A DNA stretch of 64,000 nt from Camelus dromedarius (taxonomy: Eukaryota), in the NCBI RefSeq assembly GCF_036321535.1, contig NC_087462.1, positions 558,001 to 622,000 on the forward strand, read 5' to 3'. Positions within the stretch are counted from its first letter, which is position 1, and every line of letters begins with the position of its first letter. The notes under the pieces are model-generated. The model made no database searches. It was not told the DNA's origin and was given only the letters and a program-made list of their open reading frames with translations. Below are positions 52,440 to 62,500 of this stretch, in pieces. Both the position numbers and the translations under genes were made by a program.

Positions 52440-53700
52440 TAAAACAGGGCAGTGGCTGTGGGAAAGTCCAGCAGCTCCTCAAACAGTTAAAGAGAGTCAC
52501 CCTGTGATCCAGCACTTCCACCCTAGGGGCATATCTGTTACTGAGTCCAAGTTTGTACTGCTCGCCACCTGAGAGGCTGATAAATGTGGAGTTGACCTGT
52601 TGAGGCAAGGAAGAGTAACTTTATTTGGAAAGTCAGTGGACCAAGAAGGTGGGGGGCTAGCGTCCCGGAGAACCGTCTTCCTCAAGTCAGAATTCAGGCT
52701 CCTTTGATACTAAAAAGGGGAGGGGGTGTGATTGGTTGTTGAAAACTTCTTGATGTCGGAATCCTTTGTTCTTGCAGCTGTCCATGTGGGTCAGGTCAGG
52801 ATGTCCCTGTAAACCTCCAACAAGACAAATAATGTTCTCTGTTCTACAACTTTCTATTTCTGTATGAATGGAAAAGTGTTGTACCCTTAAGAGTCAGAGC
52901 CTTGAGAATGGGCTCTCCTGTCTGTTTCAGTCTACAGGCAATTCTTTTACAAAAGGTGCAGAATCAGCATGACTGAGCCCAGGAAACAGAGCACTGTGTT
53001 AGAGCCAGAGGAACAGATACAATATGGAGTCAGATTTGTTTTCCCTATTACACACCCAGGAGAAATGACACTATACTCCCACGCAAACACTTGTACAGCA
53101 TTACAAAGTCAAAAGGTGAAAAAAACTCAAAAGCCCGTCAGTAGATAAAGGGATAAACACAACGTAGCCCATTTATATGATGGAATATTATTCACCCATC
53201 AAAAGGGTGAAGCCCTGACACATGCTACAAGCTGGATAAACCTATCATGAAAACATGATACTCATCAAGGGAAGCCAGACACAAAAGGCCCCATTGTGAG
53301 TGACTCCATTTGTGTGAAACGTCCAGAACAGGCAAATCCAGAGACAGGTTGCCAGGGACTTGAGAAGTGGATGGAGAGGAGTGACTGGTAGTGGAGCTGA
53401 GGGTTTCTTTTTGGGGTGCTGAATGAAATGAGCAAGAAACAGAAAGCCAAATAGTGTCTGATCTACTCATATGAGGTCCCTGGAAGAGTCAAATCCATAG
53501 CAACGAAGTAGGATGGTGGTTGTTGGGCTGGGGGAGGTGGGTGGGAGTGACTGCAGATGGGGATAGGGTTTCTTTCTGAGACGATAAAAATGTTCTGGAA
53601 TTAGATGGTGTTGATGGTCACACAACATTATAAATATTCTAAACATCACTTAATTGTACACCTTGGTTAAAATGGTGAATTTTATCTCAAAAAAATTTTT
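52440..53700 (+). mobile_element. Old L1 (L1MB-like) fragments, split by a solo LTR; ends approximate
   Basis: L1 text ccctgtgatccagcacttccaccctagg (left) continues as cacccaggagaaatgac...caaacacttgtac (right) across the LTR. Ends tacaccttggttaaaatggtgaattttatctcaaaaaaa. Confidence 0.7.
52536..53052 (-). mobile_element. ERV1-class solo LTR (MER41-like), about 517 bp
   Basis: TG...CA termini (TGTTAC...ATTACA). The minus strand begins TGTAATAGGGAAAACAAATCTGACTCCATATTG, as in artiodactyl MER41-like LTRs (family call from memory). Degenerate 4-bp TSD tatc/cacc. Confidence 0.7.
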
Positions 53701-55339
53701 TTTTTCTCAAGAAGAAATCAGGCCCCAGGCAGCTCTGTCCAGGCGCCTCCTCTTGGATCTGAAAGATGTTCTGGAGAGTCTTCTGGCTGGTGGGCAAGTC
53801 AGCTCCCTCTCTGGGGGACCCAGGCACCCTGGCCACCACAGAGGAGCCTCCTTGGAGCCTTGAGACTTCCCCAAGATTCCCTTGCCTCACCTCAGTGTGG
53901 GGAAAGTGGGGGAAAAGCTGTGAAACCGCAGGCACAAATCCCTACCAGAGCCAGTGGGACCAGCAAGGGCAGCTCCAGGCCCACGGGCTTGGCCTCCCCA
54001 CCTCTGCTCTGCTGTAACTGGCAGGCAGTCAGGAACCTGGTGAGGCCTTGCCCCATTAACCCCACGTCCTCCCACCATCCTGCCCCTTGTGCTCCACGGG
54101 GGCGTCATCCTGAGCTGTTTTTCTGGAAATCCTGAAGTAAACAACCAGTTGGTGGCCATCTTTCCGACAAAGTTCCAGATCCCAGCTGAAGGGAACAGCT
54201 GGGTCTTCCCAAGGGCCACTCAAGACTCCCTAGCGTGGCCTGACACCCAGTGTCGCCAGGGGGCGGAAATGAGGGGGGTTTCCTGAGAAGGGAGGAGGCC
54301 CAGCTGGGAAAATGGAGGCTCCTGGCCAGAACTCAGCAGCCTCTGGTGACCACTGAGGCTTGGAGCCTGGTTGTGCAAGATAGGAATATAGCAACCTGGC
54401 GGGGGACCCTGTCCTCTGCCCCCAAACTCCCCTGGGGCTGGGTCTTGGGGGCTCATCAGTTCCCCCAAATGAGTCCAGCCCGGAAAGTCCTGCCCCCAAG
54501 GCCTCTGTAGAAACGTTCATGGGAGGGTCCAAGAAAAGAACGAGAAGTTGACGGGCAGCACACAAAGCTGAAACCACCCTCTGTCCAGCCTGCAGGTCAA
54601 CCTCCGGCCATGGTTAGGGCCGGCTGTGGCATTCCATGACTCAGTTCCCAAGAATGGGGTGGGTCTTCTCTCTGGGCTGTGGCCAAATGCCTGAGCCTTG
54701 AGTGGAAATGAGTCTGGAGCCAAGGCAGCCGGGAGCTCCATCCTCAACTGCGTGCACACGCAGTGGGAAGTGACAACAGATACCTCTGCGCTTGCGTTTT
54801 CCTTTCTAAGCACACACCTGCGCGCCCTCGCGCGTCTTCTCTCGGGGGCGGGACCACAGAAGCCGAAGTGCGGGTTAATCCGTAACTGGGTAACAGCTAA
54901 CAGCCCCGCCAGGGCTCGCGTGTCACTTATATAAGCAGCTAAGACGGCGGAGTCCAAGGGAAGTGACACTCGGCCCTGTGCTGATGGCTCACCCTGCGGC
55001 AGGCATGCCGCTGTCCGGGGCTGTCGCCGTAAGTGACCCCCAAGCCCTCGCAACGACACCGCAGCCCAAGTGGAGAGACACCAACACCTACCGTGGTTTT
55101 ATTTACATTAAAAAGAAAACTTACAGTTCTCAATGAGCTGGGGTGAGATTTTTGAGAATTCCAGCTCGCCCCACAAGTTTCCAGTACTGTTTCAAGTTGT
55201 CGGGCATCCCATAGCACCGCAGTCAACCACCCGGATAACTGTCCGCAACCCAGAGCCTGCATGGACGCGGTCACCCGCCTGCCGACGGGCATGCGCAGTC
55301 ACCGATAGGGACAAAACCGCAGGCCGGCCCCAACCCCGC

Positions 55340-55480
55340 CCCCGTCAGTCCTTCATCCTGACCTCCCATTGGCTAGCGCTGGCACGAGTCTGCAGCGCCT
55401 GCGTAGCCGACCAATGGGATAGCCGATGGGCGTGGCCAAGGGCGGGGAGGCGAGGCTCGCCGGCGTGCGTCCATTGGTCG
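55340..55480 (+). promoter_or_regulatory. GPX4: GPX4 CpG-island promoter with three CCAAT boxes
   Basis: ATTGG 55368-55372, CCAAT 55411-55415, ATTGG 55473-55477, plus GC boxes. Confidence 0.7.
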
Positions 55481-55528
55481 GCTCGGCGAGGGGAGGAGCG
55501 CCGCCTTCCGGGAGCCCCTGCAGCCGCG

Positions 55529-57678
55529 ATGAGCTTCAGCCGCCTGTGCCGCCTCCTGAAGCCAGCGCTGCTCTGCGGGGCTGTGGCCGCGCCTGGCTTG
55601 GCCAGCACCATGGTGAGCGGGGCGCCGCCGGCTGGCTGGCAGGCCGTTGGGCGGGCGCGCGGAGCTGCGGGGACCTTGGGCTGGCGGCGCTGGCTGGGGG
55701 CGCGCGAGCAGTACTCGGCCGCCCCCTCCGCGGCGGTCGGAGCGGTGGCTAGCGCGCGGGCCTGGGTTACTGAGTCTAGATCGGGGACTGGGGGCGGCTC
55801 CCGGGAGGCCGGGTTAGGGCTAGGCGGTCGGAACCCCCGGGTGGGCGCCCCTGACGCGCAGACGCTGCTGCTTCAGGGCAGCTGAGGGTGGCGTCGTCGG
55901 CCACTAGCGACCCGCCTGCTACCGGGGGAGCGAGGGCGCCGGATGGCCGGAAAATCCGGGATCACGCGCCTCGGGGTGTCACTGCCCCTCCCCCACCCTG
56001 CGCCTCCCGGGGCCCCGCTCGTTGGCGTCACAGAGCAGCGGCACGGCGCCCTTGGCTACTGGCTCTTTGTCCTCCGGGCGCGGCCCTCGGTGGGCACAGG
56101 AGCGGCCAGAAACGGGCGGGCATGGGCCGCGCAGCCGTCGGCTCCCCGGGTCGTCGCGGGCAGCGGCGCCGGTTGCCAGCCGGGCGGCGGCGCCGAGCCC
56201 CCCGGAGGCGGAGGGCTCGAGTGTGCCGTCGCAGGAGGGCGCGCCGCAGGCGGGAGAGGCCCGCGCCTGAGAACTCTGGGCAGGGGGGCCCTGTGGCCGG
56301 GGAGAGCTCCTGCGGGGCCGAGTCCCGGGACCCGGTGCGCGCGGGGCCTCCACACCCGCCTAGCAGGGTCCCAAGCCCTTCCCGGGTCTCAGTTATGTCT
56401 TGGGTCAAATGCGCCCTGTCCTGCCCCAGCTTTGAGGAGGAGCCGCCTCACTCTTTCCTTGCCCCGGTGCCCCAGTTGTCCTCCCTTTGGCACCCCTGGC
56501 TGGGCGGGCTGAGCGAGTGGGCCAAGGGGACGCGGACCAGGGCCTGGCACCCCGAGGCCCGCAGTCCGCTCAGCATGCCCTTCCGTTGCAGTGCGCGTCT
56601 CGCGACGATTGGCGCTGTGCTCACTCCATGCACGAATTCTCAGCCAAGGACATCGACGGTCACATGGTTAACCTGGACAAGTACCGGTGGGTACTAGTCT
56701 ACCTGATGGGGGGAGGCAGGGCAAAGGCCTTGGCCCTGACCTGATTCCTTCATCCCACCTCCAGGGGCTACGTGTGCATCGTCACCAACGTGGCCTCGCA
56801 ATGAGGCAAGACAGACGTAAACTACACTCAGCTGGTCGATCTGCACGCGCGATATGCCGAGTGTGGTTTACGGATCCTCGCCTTCCCTTGCAACCAGTTC
56901 GGGAGGCAGGTGTGTGGCTGGATCTGGATGTACCCGTATGTCCTGTGTGCGGAGGTCGAAGCCAGGGTGGATGGCATGGGGAGAGGGCCTGTCTTCTGAA
57001 GCAGGGACCAAAGGGGTACAGGCTCCTCCCCACTCACCCCCAGCACCCCTGCCCTGCCACAGGAGCCAGGGAGTAATGCTGAGATCAAAGAGTTCGCCGC
57101 CGGCTATAACGTCAAATTCGATTTGTTCAGCAAGATCTGTGTTAATGGGGATGATGCCCACCCACTGTGGAAGTGGATGAAAGTTCAGCCCAAGGGGAAG
57201 GGCATCCTGGGAAAGTAAGTTAGGGGCAAGGGAAGAAGGGAGGGCAGGGTGGCTCCCCAGGGGCAGTGGGGGTCTGCAGTTGCCATGGGATTCCTCACGA
57301 CATCACACTTACTTTGTAGTGCCATCAAATGGAACTTCACCAAGGTAAGGGGGACTGGAGGCCTAGGGGGACGACCCAGCCCCCAGCCACAACTGGGCCA
57401 CTTCAAGGGTCCCCAGCTGTGACCTAAGTGGGGTGGCGGGTGGGGGCTGCTTGCTCGCCCCAGCCCTGCGGGCCTCCCGGTACTGACACCGCCTCTCTGG
57501 CAGTTCCTTATTGACAAGAACGGCTGTGTGGTGAAGCGGTACGGTCCCATGGAGGAGCCCCTGGTAGGTGCCTTTCGAGGGAGCCTGCTGCGGGGGGTGG
57601 GGAGGGGGCACGGGAAGAGGTGCCCTGACCCCTCCTTCCCTGCAGGTAATTGAGAAGGACCTGCCGTGCTACCTCTAG
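55529..57678 (+). CDS. GPX4: Phospholipid hydroperoxide glutathione peroxidase (selenoprotein), 197 aa mitochondrial form; cytosolic form starts at ATG 55610
   Basis: Exons 55529-55612, 56592-56686, 56765-56909, 57063-57214, 57320-57344, 57504-57563, 57646-57678. Total 594 nt. In-frame TGA (Sec) at 56802-56804 in NVASQ-U-GKT; NQFGRQEPG and AIKWNFTKF catalytic motifs. Confidence 0.98.
56122..56334 (+). CDS. GPX4: Alternative exon 1b, nuclear (sperm) GPX4 arginine-rich leader, 71 aa
   Basis: [17 protein letters not shown]...RRRRARRRR...SRDP, donor CCG|GTGCGC, phase 0 to exon 2. CRE-like TGGCGTCA at 56023-56030. Confidence 0.85.
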
Positions 57679-57737
57679 TTCCACAAGGTGCGCCCCTACC
57701 CGAGCCTGCTGCCCGTGCCCCTTGGAGCCTTCCACCC

Positions 57738-57800
57738 GGCACCCGTGACGGTCTGCCCGAAAACCAGCCCTGGTGGGGCAGACCTGAGAACCCGGCGTGC
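57738..57800 (+). ncRNA. GPX4: SECIS element (form 2) in the GPX4 3'UTR
   Basis: GUGAC core 57745-57749; helix GGUCUGCCC (57750-57758) pairs with GGGCAGACC (57776-57784); apical AAAA 57760-57763; mini-helix CCA/UGG; 3' UGAG 57785-57788. Confidence 0.92.
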
Positions 57801-57872
57801 ACCCCTGCCGGAGGAAGGCCCCTCGGCCCGGCTCGCAGCTCGGCAACCCCCCACCCCTGGCTGCCTTGTCAG

Positions 57873-57878
57873 AATAAA
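57873..57878 (+). terminator. GPX4: GPX4 polyadenylation signal
   Basis: AATAAA 195 nt after the stop. Confidence 0.85.
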
Positions 57879-59569
57879 ACATAGAAACTGGCCTGCTGGG
57901 TGCTCCTGCTTATGGTGGGGGTCTTTTGTCCCAGGCCCCTCCTGGCGCAGTGGCAGGTGTTGCCAGCTCCCCAGGCTGCGGGGCGGGGGAGGAGGGATGT
58001 GGACGGCGGACTTCCCTCAGGGTTCAGAGGGCTGCACCCTGGGCTGCTAATCGCCTCAGCCCAGCCCAGAGGGCAGGCAGAGCTGATCCTGGGGAAGATA
58101 ATAACGACTCCTGACCGGCTGCTGCCCCCTCCACCAGGTCTCCTCCCATGTGCTGAGGTGGGAGGGTCAGGGGACCTAGGCAGTGAGGCCTTGCCTGCTG
58201 GAGGCCCGCTGCATCTGGGCTGGGCACCAAGCCAGCCTCACAGAATAGATGCGGAGTCAGGGCACCAGCCTTCTCACGCGCCTCATCAGGCACAAGCCGT
58301 CCCCCAGGAGGGGCTGTAGGCACAGCCTCCTTGCCTGCCTGCAGCTCGAGGGAGCCATCCTGGAGAGTGTGGAAGGTGGCCCAGCCTGCTGCTGTCTTCC
58401 AGACGGGGCCCAGCTCCTGGGCTCTCCTGCCCCTGGGCTGCACAACCAACACCCTCGAGGAAGACCTGGGAGGGCGCCAAGGCAGAGGCTGCAGCCGTGA
58501 ACATGGGGGTCTGAGGGACCGAACTCAACACCACCAAGAGGGTCCCAGGCAGGGTCCTGTCTCCAACTAGTGTCTGGGCCCAGACACCTCGGGCCTGGCA
58601 CTGCCAGTTCAGAGGCAGCTGGCTGGCTGTTCCAGTGCCAGGACCACACAGTGGACAAACTGCCTCACGGGGTGGGGTGTCTCCCCTGGCCTGGCCCCAA
58701 TCATCTGTCAGGCCACGCAGCCTTCAGGGGATGAGCCAGCAGGGAGAGGCCAGCAGCCACTCCTGACCTCAGTCCCTGGGTCCCCCTAATCACCACACCT
58801 GGGAGGAACATGCAGTGGTACCTGCAGTCTGGGTCCCTATCCTTGCAGGCCACAGGAACAGACAGCCTGGGAAGTAGTGAAAATGCACATATATTTAAAA
58901 AAGATCTCTTTACATATATACACTTGAATTCATTATAAATACACATAGAAACCAGGGGGCCACCCACCAGCTCCGCAGGAGTCCGGAACCTGGGAGAGGT
59001 GGCTGGGTAATAATTTAGGGAACAGAGAGCAGGGAGGAGGAGTTGCATATATTAATGGGGGGGATCTGCCCCATGGAGCCCCCCTGGAGACAGTGGGGCC
59101 CTGAGCACCTGGGGTTTCCTGAGTTTCCAGCTCTTGGGGCCACCCAGTTTTGTGGATTACAGGGGTTCAGGCCTGACCAGGCCCTGTAAGGTGGGTGGGG
59201 CAGGAGCCCCAACCCAGGCCTGGAGGGGGGCAGTAGAGGACCGAGGCACAGAGAGGGAGGAGGGCCCCCCACCCCCAGGCCCTTCCTGGGCCTCTAGACC
59301 CGGAATCTCCTGAGTGGGACCTGCTTTCAGCCACTGCCCCACCAGGCAGGGCCTCAGAGGGGCCCCCAGGGCTGGCAGCATCTTGGGGGTCTGCCCAGGC
59401 ATCAGCGGGAAGGCACTGCAGTGGGGGCCTCGGTGGGCTGGATGAGGGCACCCTGGCCCCCAATCCTCTCAGTAGTCGGCAGGGGAACCCAGCCTGATGG
59501 CCACCCGCTTCCTTGGTGTAGGCGTGGCATGTTCTTACAGTCCTGTCTGGGAAGGATGCCTGGCGGGGC

Positions 59570-62500
59570 CTAGGAGTTTGGGAATGGGGGGCTGAACTGG
59601 ATGACGCTCTGCCGCTCAGGGCCCCCACCGCCCCCAGGAGCGCCCGGGGCCCCGGCGCCAGCCCCCAGAGGGCCTGGGGGTTCGGCGGGTGGCACAGCGT
59701 TGAGGGAGCGCAGCATGTCCTCCAGAACCTCCTTGAAGTTGATGTCACAGCCCTGGTGCAGGAGGGCCGCGGGGTCAGTCGGGGCCTCGGGGGCATCCGG
59801 AGCGCCCAGCAGCAGGCCACCGGGGCCGGGGACCGGCGGCGGTGGGAAGGTGAACGGCGAGGGCAGAGGGAAGGCCTGGGCGGGCGGGCTGTAGGTGAGG
59901 TCCAGGACCTCGCTGGGGCCGCAGGGCAGTGCAAGCGGGCGCAGGGCGGCCGGTGGAGGGGGAAGCCCGCGGCTGCGCGCCTGCTTGTGCTTCACGTCGG
60001 CGTCCATGAGCTGCAGCTCCTGCAGCACCCGGTGCACGCAGCCCTCGGGGATCTTGATGCCTGAGGGGCGCCAGGAGGTCAGGGCCTGCAGGGGGCCGAC
60101 CTCCCCCACCTCGCCCATGCCCACCGCTCACCAACTTGCTTCTTCTTGTCCTTGGTCTTGAGACGTACTATCTGCAGGTAGCTGCTGCTGGTGACGTCGG
60201 CCATGACGGCGGCGATGCGGCCCCACACGCGCAGCAGGGCCCCGCACAGCATGTAGTGGTGGCGCAGCCGCAGGCCCTGCGCACAATCCTTACCCTGCTG
60301 CGCCAGCCGGCAGTGCCGGTTCCTGCACGGGACAGACTCGCTGCTGCGCCTGCCTTCCCAGCCCCGCCCACCCTGCTCCCACCCCTTGCCCCTCATCCGC
60401 AGGCCTCCAGGACCGCCCTTCCCTCCGGACTGGCTTCTTCCACAGCAGCGCACACGCCTCCCCCTCTCTAGTCCAGCCTGGGCCTCACCACGTGGTGTGG
60501 CTGCAGTGCGTCAGCGAGAAGGTGTAGCTGCTCTCCCAGTGCTCCCTGGCCTCCTCCGCTGTCACCTGCAGAGACAGGCAGTTGGGCCCCTGGACGGGTG
60601 TTCCCGGGCTCCACAGTGCCCCAGGCCTGCTCATCTTGCACCTGGTAGCCAGGGCAGCGGAGCATGGAAGCCGAAGGCGGCCTGGGGACAGCAGGAGGCC
60701 CGCCAGGGAGGAGCCACGGGGGAGGCTGGAACTACAGGGCCTCGGTGGGGGCACGGCTAGGCCTACCCGGTGGAACTTCCGGCACAGGCTGTCGAACGTC
60801 TCCAGCTGGCTCTGCCGCCCGATGTTGGGCTTATACACGGTGAAGAGCTTGCCGCGGTTCTGCTGGGCCAGCAGGCAGCTGGGCTTGTTGTCACGGACCT
60901 GGGCAGGGGTGGGAGTCAGGGTGGGGGCACTACCCCACATGCTGGGTGTTGGTCCCCAAGGTATGCGTGCCCAAGAGGGCCTGAGGCTGACTGCTGCCCT
61001 CGCCCCGCAGCCCACCGGCTGCTGGGGTCCTGCCCCTGGGGTACTGGGGGCCGCTGGGGGTGCCCACCTTGTAGGAGAGGTAGAAGCCGTCGTGGGTGCC
61101 TGTCAGCTCCAGAGACCTGGCATACGCCTCCTCCCACTTCAGGCCGCGGTCCACGCTGATCTGCAGGGCCCGTGGGCATTAGGGGGATGTGGGGGGTGGG
61201 GACGATGGGTGGGACGAGGGGGTGGGGATGTGGGAGCTGGGACGAGGAGTGGGATGTGGGGGCGGGAATGAGGGAGTGGGGACGATGGGTGGGACGAGGG
61301 AGTGGGGACGATGGGTGGGACGAGGGGCGGGGCGATGGGTAGGGATGTGTGGGACGGGGTGATGGGTGGGACAAGGGGCGGGGTGAGGGGCGGGACGGTG
61401 GGCGGGACGAGGGGTGGGGATGTGCGGGTCGGGGATGATGTGTTGGGACATGGGGGGCGGGGACGATGGGCGGGACGAAGGGCCGGGGCGGTGTCTGATC
61501 ACCTTGTAGAAGACCACCTGCCCGTCCTGTGGGTGCCCGGGGGCCAGGAACACCTGCTGGCTCTCCTCGTAGATCTCGTCGATGCCGGGAGCCAGGTCTG
61601 GAAGAGGGCGAGCTGGATGAGTGGGGCCCAGGCTCCGGCCTTGGGGAGGGGGGTCTAGCAGGGCGGGCCTGGCCCGGCCGCGGCGCTCACCCAGGATGCC
61701 CATGTCGTATTTGCCCTCCTTCTTGTCCACCGCGATGAGGTGGTCGAAGGTGTCAGAGAAGTACTGGAACAGCGCGTTCTGCTTGTGCACTTCCAGCCCC
61801 AGGATACGGTTCAGGAACTTGGTGATGGAGCAGTCTGGTGGCGGGACGGAGCCTCAGGCTGGGGCTGAGCCCAGCCTCTCCCTGTCCACTGGATACAGAA
61901 GTTTGGGGGCGCCGCCCGCCCCAGGCTCTACTGGGGGCTCACCCTTCTCCACATCCAGGCAGCCGGACCTGGACTCGCGCCCTCCGATGCCAACCGACAG
62001 CAGCCCCTGCTTCATGTCTGTGGGGAGGGAGGGGGGCCTCACACCTGCTTCCCTCCCGGCCCTCGCCCCAGCCCACCAGGGATCCCCCTCACCACCAATG
62101 TCCCCTTGGTATGTGTGGGGAGGACCTTTTGACACAAATCCCACCTACCAATCCCAGTGGCCCAGATGGCACCCCTTGGGGAGACTGCAGGCACCCCAAC
62201 TCACCACGGAAGAAGGCGGCATCCCCTCCCGGGTAGCCCTGGGGCAGCGGCACCTTGCTCTCTGTCTGGCTAAGGATGGTGGTGAGGACGCAGCTGAGGG
62301 CCCGGGCGCCGTACTGCGTGGAGGGGCGAGGGTTGTGTCAGAGGCTGGGCTGGGCACCCCGGGACCCTCCTCTCTTGGGCCCTACCTCCCTGGGTACCTT
62401 GTTCTCAAAGTTGTACTTGCTCAAGTCCCGGGACTCGGTGGCTCGGCGGTCCCCGTGGGTCAATGCCCCCTGCGCAGGATGGGAGAGGCTGTCACAGGTG

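Noticed and set aside
56802-56804. In-frame TGA in GPX4 suggesting a pseudogene
   Set aside because: It is the catalytic selenocysteine codon; a SECIS is present in the 3'UTR.
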